Shown: positions 10,601 to 23,148, counted from the stretch's first letter. The stretch: DNA of 64,000 nt from Schizochytrium sp. TIO01 (GCA_004764695.1 SMSO01000036.1:2604001-2668000), one strand, 5' to 3'. Notes: generated by a model not told the origin, from the letters alone. Numbers and translations are program-made.

Positions 10601-12032
10601 GAGCACATCACTAACAGCGATCGATTGTAAACACACGTGTTTCTAGATCATGGTTTACTCCGTTTCGTACTGATTTCCACTGCTACATTTATATAGAACC
10701 GACTGTTCACATTTATTTTCAGAAACTAGGTATAACAAAGAAGAACTACTAACAAAAATTGATAAGTGTCATTAATTATGATTCCATCCCACTAGTTGTT
10801 GAGAAAATCGTCATTTCTTATGATGTTTAATTTTGAAGTCTATACGTATCTACTTCCATCTCGGAGCGTCTGATTTCCCCGCCGATTTTCTTGTTACTCT
10901 TCTTCTCTTTCCATATGTCTCTACGTTCTCGCAATTGCATTAATAAAATAAGTCTCAGAATAAAAAGCTTCTCTCTTTACCTTCATTCGTGCAAAGGAAA
11001 TTTAAAGGATTGATGACCAACCCTATTTCTGGGCTGGCAGAGGACAGTCCCTTTCAACGACAAAAAAAAACATGCTTTATATATGTTTATGCGACTGAAT
11101 TAAAGGTTCAATAAATTTTACATAAAATTTGATGATTCTTCAGATACCACTTGGTTGATTTCTGATAAAGGTTAGTGCAGAAGAGCAACTATGATTGGCC
11201 TGTTCTAACAGAAATGTTTCATTGTTAGGGCTCTTGATTGTTGGGACAGACTCTCCACCATGCTTCAGAGGCGGTGCCGCATACAAAATCCTGAAAAGTT
11301 TGGTCATTTTCACTCGATTTAAAGATAGAGGAACCTTTCAATTCTTAGCAATTAGCTCAAGTAATTTATTGTAATGCCAAAAGAGGTACGGACTTCAGGC
11401 AAACTGCAATGATATTGCGCACCCATTCAACAAATAAAATGCTGTGAGAAACACATGGCATGGCTTAAAATGCAAAGAAAATAAGGAGCTTCTTCTAAAC
11501 AGTGCGGGTTTCAACTGCCGATCTTGGTACTGTTAATACCGTCCCTTACATTAAAGAAACTGGAAAACATCTGAGGCTATGAATGAAGTACAAAAGAAGC
11601 CAAGAGTGCTCCTAGGATTTACAATCTACAGAAGAGGCCTTAAGTTAGTGATTAATTGTTTGGCCATGAGCTTTAAGTATTGAAATGCATCTGGTCGTTC
11701 TGAGAGAGTACTATGCCTCTCTGCAAATTCTCTTTTGATCATTTTAGTCAAATGGGTGATTTTGAGTATCACCCAAGTTTTAGAAAAATACAAGAATTAG
11801 GAGTTTCCCTCTTCTTAGCGCTCTCTTATCAATCCTTTCAGTACTTGAACAAACCCAGGGAAATACACACCAATACGCGCTGAATAGCGCCTGTCTAAGC
11901 TGATTTGGAGTGAGACTAGCCAGTGCTACTTCATGGTTCTTTGCTTGGACTTGATGAAAGGCAAAATAAGTTGGAAAAAAAGAAGGAAAAAAACTTGGAG
12001 TTGCTATTCAATCACAGCCAAAAAAAAAAAAA

Positions 12033-12150
12033 ACATTCAACACCGGGGCTTCGCATGCAGTCCCCTATCATACTACTGACCCGGCCCTACGCGACTTTAC
12101 TTCTCAGTGCGAATGAGATGAGGTGTTACCCGCGTGGTATGATCGAATGT
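12033..12150 (-). rRNA. 5S rRNA (copy 1)
   Basis: 118 nt; reverse complement ACATTCGATCATACCACGCGGG...AGTAGTATGATAGGGGACTGCATGCGAAGCCCCGGTGTTGAATGT. Paired ends, 5S internal motifs, followed by an oligo-T terminator. Confidence 0.95.
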
Positions 12151-12563
12151 GATGCTAATTGTTCTATGCTGTATATATATGTATATATTATATTTATATT
12201 AATGTTCAATACTTCTTACTTCTATACATACTTAATTCCCGGTGTGGTGTAGGCAGTGCTACTTCATAGCACAAGTGGAACTTCTGGATCAACCTCACTG
12301 TAAAAGATCTTCTAGTCACAGTAATTAGCCTTTCCAGAACCCATGGTTTGCCAGAAATAATAGACTTTATAGTTTTGATACGTAGTACTTTTCAAAAGCA
12401 CTATGCACATCTATCCTCCTTAGCATTTCGTAACTGCCGCCTATATATTAGAGAAAGGGTAAATAATCCTTAAGCATTTTTTAGAATGGATTACACATTA
12501 TAGGGCTCCAAAATAGAGTGAATAATCCTTAAAGGAAGTGATTGCAAGAGATAGGCAGGACAA

Positions 12564-12678
12564 GTTGCGGTGACCGAGTGGTTAAGGTGGTGGACTGCTA
12601 TGTGTCTCACTAGTCTGAGATCAATATGTCTTGATCCATTGTTCTCCGAACGCCTGGGTTCGAATCCCAGCCGCAACG
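12564..12678 (+). tRNA. tRNA-Ser(GCT) with intron (~12601-12633)
   Basis: Acceptor GTTGCGG/CCGCAAC, D-arm ACCGAGTGGTTAAGGT, anticodon arm GTGGA-CT-GCT-A[intron]A-TCCAT, long variable arm, GGTTCGAATCC, downstream T-run. Confidence 0.92.
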
Positions 12679-12908
12679 AAGATATTTTTTAATTCATGTT
12701 GTTTCCTGAGTATATATAGAGTTCGTATATGGTCTGTAGGAATGTTTATTAGCTTTTTTTTTTATCTTTAATTTTTTTTTTGCTTTGCAGTGCAGGGCCT
12801 TTTCTGAGATTTGTTAGGTAAATTTAACGAATAGTTGAACCATGTGAAATATTGTAGTTATAATATTCAGCCATAAATCCGAATTCATCCTCATTAAATT
12901 AGTGAGAG

Positions 12909-12924
12909 GCGGTCTTAGCTCAGG

Positions 12925-12957
<33 letters not shown>

Positions 12958-12981
12958 TGCGTTCGATCCGCGGAGACCGCA
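12909..12981 (+). tRNA. tRNA-Phe(GAA)
   Basis: GCGGTCT/AGACCGC acceptor, TCAGA-CT-GAA-GA-TCTGA anticodon arm, GTTCGATC T-loop. Confidence 0.95.
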
Positions 12982-13229
12982 TTGTTTTTATACTTGTTGA
13001 TGATACTTTTATCATTGGTATTTTTTATTTTTTTTTTTCTCTGAAGAGGTAAGTGGTTGGGAGGCTCGTCTTTTTGGGGTGTAATTAAAAAAAAAAATAG
13101 ATTGGATGATTATAAGAACGAAAGAAAGAGAAAATATTGAGAAGAGAGCGAGGCAACTTATCATTAAGACGTTTAAGTTTGGACTCCATTATGAATATTA
13201 CGATACTCTCCTTCGAAAGTGATCCATGA

Positions 13230-13329
13230 GCAACTATGGCCAAGTGGTAAGGCGCTGCACTTGTACACAGTCTAGAGATCTAGCTATCATACTATGCAGT
13301 GATCCAGAGTTCGATCCTCTGTAGTTGCA
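13230..13329 (+). tRNA. tRNA-Thr(TGT) with intron (~13266-13293)
   Basis: GCAACTA/TAGTTGC acceptor, CTGCA-CT-TGT-A[intron]..TGCAG anticodon arm, GTTCGATC T-loop. Confidence 0.88.
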
Positions 13330-14799
13330 AATTTATATTTTTTTGGTTTATATTCTCGGGAATGAAAAAAAGGCCATTTAGGCGTTATCATTGGAGCCTT
13401 TTCTACATAAGTGCTTCTTTTAAAATTGCATATTTATTTATTTTGCTAATAAGCAAGGACTTATAGTTTTCTCCATCGTTAAGTTTAATCAGCAGTTTAT
13501 TATAATCATCTAACTTCGATTAAAACTTCGTGATTGTCGAATGAATAGTTTTTTATACGAGTTACATTAGAGTGTTTTCATGTTGGAAAATTGAGTTTTT
13601 CGAAGAGCGAGGAAGAACCCGGTTTAGACTGTAAATTTTTATGTTCTTTGAGGTCTTTAGTTCAGTAGCTACGAGGGTTGCATTGTTTTCCTTCTTATAT
13701 GCAGAGCAACTCAATTTCATACAGCACGCAATTAATTTTGCTTCTTTTTCTTGAACATATGTTGACCTTTGAAAGACTCGTTTCCATCATAATTTCGCAA
13801 GTCGATTCATTTTTTCACAATTAGGCGCAAATAAGCTTTTTGTGCTTGTTTCCAGATTTAGATATATGTCCAATACTGTTTGCTTGATATGTTTTTATGT
13901 TGAAATGACACAGATGAGCGGAGTTTTTTTAAAGGAAATTTTAAAATAGCTATAAAATTTGCATCATACGCTATTGTAGTAATCTTGTTTAAATTTGATG
14001 AATAGATTTTCTAGGTGACACAAACATATGAATTTGTAAAACGTTCTTATATTACTTTTCTAAATTGCAGAGATTCCCAATCGAAGGAATTAAGAGATAA
14101 GGCATTGCTAGTTCCAGGCATCCCTTTGCAACGACCTCGTGGATATAGGAATTGCGATAGAGTAGAACTAGAAAACCAGGCTCGCGTGGTTGAGAAGCCA
14201 AGAACCAAAAATGTGACTACGTATTCCCTAGAATCAAGTATTTTGCGACTTGAATTGATGGTTGAAGAAGCTGACTCAGTCTAACCAGACCAATTCTATG
14301 TAACAAAGTTCAAGAATGTCTTAGCTTTCTAATTGGTATATAAATCAGCCCGCCTTAAAGTTCGTTTCCCAAGGACAGAAGTTTGCCAACTCTTTAAACC
14401 AACCTTATTTTAGCCTTTCTCAAGACTCTTGCATTCATTTGCATAGTCAACCTCCAGATCCAACCTCAGAATATATATTTAAAGGGAAATGTTAGCATAT
14501 TAGCGAGGACACAAGCTGGTGGCTTTGTAGACATTTATTAATTCTATTTATTAAACAGACGCTATTGGTTTAAATTGGGAATCTCTTTTTTTGGAGGGGG
14601 GGAAGAGAGGGGGGAAGATATCTCCAAAGATTAAGAAACGTACTTTCTTTCGAAACTTGTAAAATTTAACGTCTAAGGGAAGAGAATACTCTGCTGGAAT
14701 ACATTATTATTGAAAATAATCTCTTAACTGATTAAATATTTATTACGTGGAAATGAGCCATCTGAAGTAACCAGCAGTTATGAAGCAAACGTTTCTCTT

Positions 14800-14871
14800 G
14801 CAGGTGTAGCTCAGTGGTAGAGCGTCCGCCTGACACGCGGAAGGTCACGAGTTCGATCCTCGTCATCTGTA
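14800..14871 (+). tRNA. tRNA-Val(GAC)
   Basis: GCAGGTG/CATCTGT acceptor (two G-U pairs), TAGCTCAGTGGTAGAGC D-arm, TCCGC-CT-GAC-AC-GCGGA anticodon arm, ACGAG-TTCGATC-CTCGT T-arm, T-run downstream. Confidence 0.88.
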
Positions 14872-15193
14872 AATCGATTTTTTTTACATTTTAATTGGTT
14901 AGGGGGGGGAGTCGTTTGCAATTTACAACTTGCAGAGGTTTTAATTAGATAACCCCACATGAAACAAATACGTACGTACTAAACCAAAAGGCAGCGATGA
15001 TGTATTTTTTGTTGCCATGTTGAAAACCCCATATTGTTTATAAGAAGACATAAATTAAAAAGAAAAAATGATGTTTGCATTCTTTTTACAAAAAAAAAAA
15101 AATTCAAAATAATATGTTTGGGTTAACTTTTCTACATACCTACAAATGGAGTTGTAGGATTGCTCTGGTGTCAGGCTACGGCAATTAGCCTGT

Positions 15194-15266
15194 GCTCGGA
15201 TAGCTCAGTTGGTAGAGTGACAGTTTAGTAAGCTGTTGGTCCCGAGTTCGACTCTCGGTTCGAGCA
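15194..15266 (+). tRNA. tRNA-Thr(AGT)
   Basis: GCTCGGA/TTCGAGC acceptor, ACAGT-TT-AGT-AA-GCTGT anticodon arm, GTTCGACTC T-loop, immediate poly-T terminator. Confidence 0.92.
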
Positions 15267-16452
15267 TTTTTTTTTTTAAATATTGGTTGATTATACTTTT
15301 TTTGTGGTGCGAATATCGATTTATGAAGAGATGCTACGAAGAGCCTTATTGCCGGGCAAACGCCTTTAAATAATTATAAGAACCTTTACATTGAAACATC
15401 TTTAGTTCCTAATAAGGTAACAATGCTTGAGTTCTACAAAATGTATGTTTGGCCGCTTACGATGCCCCTGTCGAGTTCTATTATACAAAACAGAAACGAA
15501 TGGTATTTAAAGTTCATTGATTGCACTTTGTAGCCAATCCAGATATACATGAAGGACATAAATGTCTGTCATGTAAGACCTAGAGCCATCTTCAATGGCG
15601 TTGACATTACATGAAAGACATGTTTTGTCTGCCGTGTAAAACTAGAGGCAACTCAGATGGCTTTGAGATTAGGAAGTCTCATTTTGACAACTTCATGAGT
15701 CAGTGATTCTATACTGTTCTCAAATTTAACGCATAAATAATTTGCGAGTGAGTCCCTGCCTATCTGCAGCAAGTACAGAATCAATTTTATCGTTGCTTTG
15801 CCTTGAGACTCAGTTGTCCCAGTCTTTTGAAATCAATTTCGCGAATAATAATTATTCTAAGTAGCTCCCACAATGATTCTTGCTATAAGAGTAGGTAAAA
15901 CAGAACGTCCGGCAGAAACAATATTTTTACACAGGATTGCGCACTCAACTTCAAACTTGATGATGGATATTTCTACTAACCAAAACTTAATTTATAACTA
16001 CAATTACTAAGCCACAGACTACGATGGAATAGAACACCCACCACAAAGATTTTATACAACACATGACGTAGATCGTGAGGACTACAGAGAAGCTCTATGC
16101 ACTCTAAGCCTCGATTATGAGTATGAAATAAAGAAATCAAAAAGATCATCTCGTGTTTTTGGTTTCACTCATTAAAATTTAATTTTAAGTATTTAAAGAA
16201 GAAATTATAAAATTATAAAGAAATATACATATATGTGTTTTGGTCAAGTTTGAAAAAAAAAAAAATGGGCAGGTGAACGAATACATACAAACACACTCAC
16301 TTGTTTTAAAAAATGCTACTGCTGAGGTCTAATCTATAAATGCTATCACTGAACGAGGCTATTCCTATCAAGATTTTCACTGGAGAAAAAATGCAAGTCA
16401 AACATTTGATTCCACAGTTACTTTATTTTTGGAGAAAAAAAATGTATTTGAG

Positions 16453-16526
16453 AATCTCCGGCGGGACTTGAACCCACGATCTCCTGATTCGTAGTCAGGC
16501 ACCTTATCCAACTTGGCCACGGAGAC
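16453..16526 (-). tRNA. tRNA-Arg(ACG) (copy 1)
   Basis: Reverse complement GTCTCCGTGGCCAAGTTGGATAAGGTGCCTGACTACGAATCAGGAGATCGTGGGTTCAAGTCCCGCCGGAGATT; anticodon arm CCTGA-CT-ACG-AA-TCAGG. Confidence 0.92.
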
Positions 16527-17538
16527 ACTATCGAAGGCTGATAGCAAGAGATCTTCCTGTGCAATATATCTTTTCTCAGACCCTGCTGAACCCAGCCTCA
16601 GAGATTTATATGGATAGAGTTTTATATGTATATTTGAATGGCCTTCCACCTTTTAGTAGGTATTTCCTAATCTCTTAAGAGCAAACTAGCTCTTGAGCAA
16701 GTCATTTTAAGCTTCACTTCAAACCCTACTAGGCATTACACAATTGAGTGTTTGGGTTTTACCCGATGAGAAGTATTGCTAATCATAACCACTGAGCATC
16801 TAAACAGTGAAATATTACCTTTTGGAAAGCAAGGGCTGTCAACTGACAATTAAAAATACTTTAAATTGGGTCCTGGAAGAAGCTCAACGCTTTTGTTGAA
16901 GTACAAATTGTTGAGTGTCAGGAACGTGCGTTTGATTTGCTACTCATTCACGGCTAATTCGCTTGGCAAGAGTAGTAGTCCTTCGAGATGTGGCCTTTGT
17001 AAGCGCTCAGCGACGGTGCGTGTGTCGCATGGGAATCAGCATACTGGCCATGCCAACCTCCCTTTCGAGTTGCCGCATATCGTGCTAAGTGATCGCCACT
17101 TAGACGCGCTATTAATATTTCACTATAATGCATTGACGCTCAAAAAAGACGAAATATACAAAAGCAATTGTTGTCATTCACTCAAAGAGGCTTTCTCAGA
17201 TAATATAATTATACATTAGGTTAACATTGAAGTAGTTGCGTGATCTGAGATCTCACCCATATCAGGGTCAATCAAATCTTGCAGTAAAAGGATAAGACGT
17301 AGCTCAACGTTTTTGAAGGGTTTATAAACATTCTCTATTTTGTTGCTGTCAACGGGGTGAAGAACAGTCACATCTCCTATATACGAGATCGCAGGAAACC
17401 ATTGAGACGAAAGTTGTTCTTACTATAATTTTGAATATTGAACCTTGGGCAATGGCTCGTAAATATTGAAATGAGTGTTGTGTATCATACCAAGCCTTCG
17501 TGATTGTGCGGTGGCGATGCAGAAGGGGAAAGGGAATC

Positions 17539-19638
17539 TTAAGTATCTGTATGCAGGGTGCTTGCATCAACCAGCTGCCTGCGAAGGTCGGCTTTAATGT
17601 TTTTAAAGGAACGACGAGAATCCGAACTTGTCTTGGACATAACGAATGTTTGGCCTGTTTGTTGGTTCCTATATTTGTAATGTGTTTTTTGGGCCTTGAG
17701 AGCATAACCTTGGCCCTTGAGGAAATCTACAAAAGACTTTTCATTGACAGCACGAAGTTCCTGAATTGCTTCAAGCACTTCCCCTTCGATTATTTCATTT
17801 TCTATTGTTGAGGGCTCCCTGTGTTCATGAACATCTTGCTGAGATTGCATGGAGGTGTGAATCTCATGCAAGATTGTATCTTTGTTTTGTAACTTTTTAG
17901 TCTTTGTGAGTTTACGCCGCACCACAGCGCTCTCTCGAGAAGAAGTTTCCGGAATCGCTAATGTCTCTGCCTGTTGAGACAAAGTTTGTATCTCCTTAAT
18001 GCGGGCCCGCTCGAGACGCCATGGTTTCACATATTGAAGAGCAAAAAGGTGCAAACTAACCAACATCCGCCATCGACCGAGTGCTGCGCGACTTGATGAT
18101 AACACCTTTTCATCAGTTCGGCGTATCTCGTCTGTGCGATGTGGCGGAATATAAAGCTTTTGCAGTGGCACCTTCTCAGTACAACCGGATGGACACGATC
18201 TTTGCTGGGAAAACAGGCACAAGTCGCACATGGGTTTGATACAAGAGCGACAGTAAAACTTAATTTGTACACCAATGAGGCCGTGGCCGTGACAACTGCG
18301 ACATTTGACAATGTAGTACTTTGAGGTGAGTGGATCGTAGCGATCTGGACCAAGAAGCTCAACGAAAATTGCGTCTCCGAAGAGAGAAATGTCCGCGTCA
18401 GTCATTCTGGTACTCGCATCCAAGCTCAAATAGAGACCATTGTAACTCGTAAATTTGGCTCCTGACTCAAACTCAGCATGGTGGTAGGTATCAAGGGGGA
18501 ATATATGTAAGTAGAAAGGATTCGCATGAGCAAGCTTAGTAATGGCCTTCTCCATCAGCTCGACCATAGCCGGCTCCTCATACACGCCATGTGGAACCAT
18601 TTTATAAGCAGGTACAATTACCGTTGAGAACATGAGCTGCATTGTCATAATGTACAGCCAGTTCATTTTCATCTCCTCTGGAGTCGTCGGCGTGTGAAGC
18701 CGGTTCTCAAATTGTGAAATCAGATCGGATAGATTATTGCCGTTTTTCTCTGGTCCTTTATAGTTAGAGTGCGGGAACAGAGCATTCAGTGTGATGACAA
18801 TCTCTTGCACGGCAACTGGTTTAAATATACAGTGAGCCAAGCAACATCTCGTCAGCTCGCGTTTATCATGGCGGTTCCAGCACTTTGCACATAGTGGACG
18901 ACAACAGTAAGCACAGGCCTTTGCTGTATTTCGCACAATCGGTGCACCGCAAGTCTGCACGCTGCAGACTCCGAGGGGTTCATCGCCTGAATGGCATAAA
19001 CACCATATATCATAACATGTGTCATAAAATCGCAGCATAGGCCAAAATGCCCTCAAAACGAAGCAGGACTTGCGTTTGCTCCTTTTCTCACGTGGGAGAT
19101 AGATTGGATGAGCACCATTGACATAAACAACATCCTTGTCGACCGGACGCAGATCTACGACAGTGAAAAGTGCACTTTCCTCTAGAATTGCACAGAATCG
19201 CCAGTTGTCAGCTTTTGTTGTATAGAGGCTACGAAACGTGAGCACTGGACCTTCTCCTGATGGCTTGAAAATCTCATTTGGAGTAATGGTGATTTGGCGA
19301 CGAGAGTGAATAAGGTACCAATCCATATTCTGATACAAGACGGATGCGGCCAAAAGCTTTCGTAAGCGCTCTACCACTTCAAGAGGGGGGCGCGATTGTA
19401 GCGCAGGATGTGTACGTTTGAGTGCGTTGATATTGACAACGTTCGGAGCCGCTGCTTTATAGTATCGTTCAGCATGCTCTACCGAAAGCCCTTCTCCAAG
19501 GAGAAGACGTCGAAGGTCAAGGTGCAGTGCGCGTCTTGTTTCTTCAGGAGTTTTTCCAAATTTTACTGTATAATATGTCGAGTTGGGTTCATCGCAGGAA
19601 CGAGTTGGAGCTGGTGGCGTGTTTTGGGGTTGGCTCAT
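17539..19638 (-). CDS. 699-aa protein with two Cys-rich Zn-finger-like clusters, a coiled coil and a C-terminal HicA-like domain
   Basis: Intact single-exon ORF. CxxC clusters at about aa 210-270 and 435-485. C-terminus FLKGQGYALKAQKTHYKYRNQQTGQTFVMSKTSSDSRRSFKNIKADLRR resembles the HicA/YcfA pattern. Domain call is by eye. Confidence 0.8.
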   Translation of the reverse strand: MSQPQNTPPAPTRSCDEPNSTYYTVKFGKTPEETRRALHLDLRRLLLGEGLSVEHAERYYKAAAPNVVNINALKRTHPALQSRPPLEVVERLRKLLAASVLYQNMDWYLIHSRRQITITPNEIFKPSGEGPVLTFRSLYTTKADNWRFCAILEESALFTVVDLRPVDKDVVYVNGAHPIYLPREKRSKRKSCFVLRAFWPMLRFYDTCYDIWCLCHSGDEPLGVCSVQTCGAPIVRNTAKACAYCCRPLCAKCWNRHDKRELTRCCLAHCIFKPVAVQEIVITLNALFPHSNYKGPEKNGNNLSDLISQFENRLHTPTTPEEMKMNWLYIMTMQLMFSTVIVPAYKMVPHGVYEEPAMVELMEKAITKLAHANPFYLHIFPLDTYHHAEFESGAKFTSYNGLYLSLDASTRMTDADISLFGDAIFVELLGPDRYDPLTSKYYIVKCRSCHGHGLIGVQIKFYCRSCIKPMCDLCLFSQQRSCPSGCTEKVPLQKLYIPPHRTDEIRRTDEKVLSSSRAALGRWRMLVSLHLFALQYVKPWRLERARIKEIQTLSQQAETLAIPETSSRESAVVRRKLTKTKKLQNKDTILHEIHTSMQSQQDVHEHREPSTIENEIIEGEVLEAIQELRAVNEKSFVDFLKGQGYALKAQKTHYKYRNQQTGQTFVMSKTSSDSRRSFKNIKADLRRQLVDASTLHTDT

Positions 19639-21939
19639 GGCCTTGAGCCTATAGTGAGAAATATCCGGGGCAACACTCCTCCCAAGCTGTCACTAAGGAC
19701 AAGCTAGACTTACTGAATTGTGTCTCACATGCCCCCATACAAGCCAGACTGGTCCAGCTACTGCTGCCCCGCAACCGGCATAGAACTTTGGCCGTGGCTG
19801 AGTAGACTTGACTGCGAGTTAATTTTCTTGGTGCTGCCTCAAATAATAGTACTACTAATTGCTATGCCTAAGTCGATAACAGGCTATTGTAGTTGTTCGT
19901 TAGTACTGAGACTAGGGTTGTTACTTGCCTTATTGAATGTGCCTGGGTCGATCCAAGTGATCCGGGTCTGGATCTGGACACAGGCAGGATGAATGTATCA
20001 TTTTGGACTGGTAAGCTAGGTAAGGTTGGGTCAGGTGAGGCTAGGCACTTAGCTATATATCACTTCAATAGTATCACAAAGGTGTTCCTTTGAGTCTTGC
20101 AAGTCGTGCCCTGATGATGGGTTTGCTTTCCTTCTCAGTAGATCCCTGACTTCCTGTACACTTGGAAACAAAATAAAAATACAATCTAAACTTTGGCCAA
20201 TTAAAGGAGCAGCACATAAGAGATTAAATATTGCTGCCTTATTCTAAAAAGTACGCCTCTAGAAGTGTAGGAATTATATACTAGCTTCGAATTCAAATCG
20301 CGCTTCAAGAACTTCTCTTCAATAAACAGAGACTAGTTACGCCATTTCCAAACATTTCTTTCCAGGTAATTCCCTCGTTCTTTGAGAATTGGAGGATATC
20401 ACGGCGCTTAAACTCACCTGCATGAAAATGTACATAAATCACATTGAGTGTAATGAGTAGTGTATTTACATACTGATCTGTCATAAGCCTTACAAAAAAA
20501 AAATTGAAATCCTTTTTGCAACAAAGCATTGAAAGCAGCTTCTGTAGAGAAAACCAGAAAATGAACACACATGAGCTGTGAGTAATCAAAATCCAATGAG
20601 CCTTCTTTTACGGTCAGCAGTATAGATTGGTTCTAGCAGAATTGATATATGTACTCTTCATTTTACAGCCAACTTTTTGCTTGCAAGGAGAAATCGATTC
20701 CCAATACAGGCTATCTTGCAAAAATAATATAAAGGTTCCTATTGATGAGAGAGAATCGTTGAGTGGTGCTCATTTCTATGTGCGTTCATGGCCTCATGAT
20801 ATATATTTGGCAAGAATACTGAAGGTTGGCCAGTTGTTGAAGGTACAAGTAAACTTTCACTTGTCAGCTCAACCACTTCCGCATTGCATGCAATTAAACG
20901 GGCAAAGTGCCCAACTTTAGTAACTCTTCAGCACACTGTCGGTCGAAAACTCTTAGGGAGGATGTTCATGCTTCTTTATGCTACTCATTTATCACTCCAA
21001 CTTGTTGATACGAGAGGCAGAGCAACAAAGAAGACTATCGCTTATCCTCATCTTTCTCAGTCAACATCTAGTCTTGATTTTCAGTACTAGCAAACAAGGT
21101 ACTTGAGAAAAGCATCAAAGATAGTGTAAACCTTGGCTCTAAGAGCCAGCGATCTGATGGTTTAAGGCAGATTGGCCCAGATGGTATTTCATAGACCAAG
21201 ACAGGTATGTTCTATATATTTTCATAACTATAGAGGCCGGGTGAAATTGCCGCTTTGATATCCAACTCAAATTCATGCTTTCTACTGTATATATGTCCCT
21301 ACGTATCGTATTTGGATGTCTAGTCAAAGCCCTCAGGCTACTAGAGGCTATGTTGGCATACTGTATAAATGGCTCTCTAATTAGTTAGTTTTAAAATATG
21401 GCCTTTTGTACTGTGCACGTGCATATTTTATTTTTTTTGTAAACTCAAAAGTATTGCAATGTGATACTTTACTTCAACGTGATTTTCTTAACAATTGGTC
21501 GAGAAAAAAACAACCCAGGTCCACGCTCTCGAACCTCATTTAGAAGTGAAAGTTAACGTCGGGATTATCATTGATCCAGACAAGATTCTCGCTCGTAGTT
21601 TTTGGTGCTTACCTGCCGCGGTGCATTCCAACTTTTAGCTTTTCTTATCCCCTCATTTAACTCATGCTCAATTCAGTTTGCACTTGAGTAGGACCAAGGT
21701 AGAACATTGTCAACACCAAAGCTAGTACCTACAAAGCGTTGTGCTCTTTTGTTTGAGATAATGTAGCTTTAGAAGAGATTACTTTGGCTCATTTGAGATT
21801 ATCACCCATGGTTGAAATATAGAATATAGAGAATAGCCAATTAGCTCAAGAGAGAAAGCGCGCAAATATAAAACAATGTCTTAGTTACTGTTCCCGTTCG
21901 AGTTCTCTATGGAGGTTACTGATCACATGTTCAGCCCTT

Positions 21940-22860
21940 TTTGCAAAGTCCTCAGGATCCATATTATCCTTTTATTTGTCCATACCAGAGCCGATAAACA
22001 TTGACTTCTTGGCTTTCTCATGATTGCACTTAATGTTGCACCGCACTATATCGCCATGTTTAATACCAAGTGAGTGAATAGACTTGAGAGCGCCACCTGC
22101 CTCTTTCACAAATTCAATCGCGAGATCTTTATCGGCACTAGGTGCTGAAAGACGGCTCTGGTGAGCTTGAGGTTGACTGTAAAGATGAAGGGTCTTGATG
22201 AAGGCTTTAAGAAGGTTGATTCTAAGAGTTTGCTAACTTCTTTTCTGGGAATGAATTGCAGGGCAGATTGTAGGAATTACGGAGGCTAAGACATTCTTGA
22301 ACAGTGTTAGAGATGCTTTTGATGGAGTTTGGATAATTCAACCTCTTCAACCATCAATTCAACTTGCACCATACTTGGATCTCGGTAATGCGCACTCTGA
22401 GGTCTTTACAAAGGGACGACAAGAACTCGAGCAATGTCTTGTCCACCAGACCTTTCGATTGGAAATCTCAGCAAGTAACTCATTAGAGCTATGCAAGCAA
22501 ATCATTTTCCGATTATTACAGTGTTCGATATTTAGCACTAGCGCCAGTTGACTCAAGAACAAAACACAGCAGAACACACATATGTACTTGGTAAAAATTG
22601 AATGAGTTGCCAACTTAAAAAAGTTTCAGAAGCAGAAGTGATCCGTTTTCTTGACACCATCTTCGCATCTAAAAAGGCAACTGTTGTGGCAAGACATTTC
22701 TTTTCAGGTCAAAATAGTTATTATTTAATTGTCGAAATACACGGTTGAAGAGGCAAACAACTTGTAGAACGAGACAAATGCGATTTAAATATTTGATAGA
22801 GACTAAGCACAGCATATGTGGTTCACTAGGAATGCAAAGCCCCCAGAAGACTGTCAAAAA
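21940..22860 (-). pseudogene. Decayed kinase-like gene (probable REase+kinase relative)
   Basis: Minus strand 22130-21975 translates KDLAIEFVKEAGGALKSIHSLGIKHGDIVRCNIKCNHEKAKKSMFIGSGMDK*, with an HGDI catalytic loop and a decayed FIDFG. Upstream TTYAVLSLYQIF (~22795-22830) resembles the FGVLST motif of the 24094 gene. Boundaries approximate. Confidence 0.55.
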
Positions 22861-23148
22861 CATTGTTTCTCTGGTGAAGCGACAACGACCACCTCAGTCA
22901 CAATGTTGTCAGTCTCATCGATTCTGCTCTCTTGGCTCATATCAATGGTAATTTGATATGAAAATCTTGCCCTGCGTGATTTAGTCGATTATAAACAAGA
23001 GCAGTGCGTTTCGGGAGATGTTAAGCGCCAGAGACATTGCTGACCTATTTCTTTCGAGTATGAGCTTATTCACCTACACCCACAGACATTGTTAAACCGT
23101 GGAGTTGCTTTCTTCTGGTGCTAAGTTAAAAAAGAAAAGGAGAAAAAG

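Noticed and set aside
7850-11900. Possible decayed coding fragments in the AT-rich stretch
   Set aside because: No recognisable motifs or sustained reading frames by eye.
11921-12267. 14-bp direct repeat CAGTGCTACTTCAT flanking 5S copy 1 as a target-site duplication
   Set aside because: Similarity to other 5S flanks continues beyond the second repeat, so it does not delimit an insertion.
21835-21910. tRNA-like fragment (GCCAATTAGCTCAAG...GTTCGAGT)
   Set aside because: No consistent acceptor or anticodon stems could be built.
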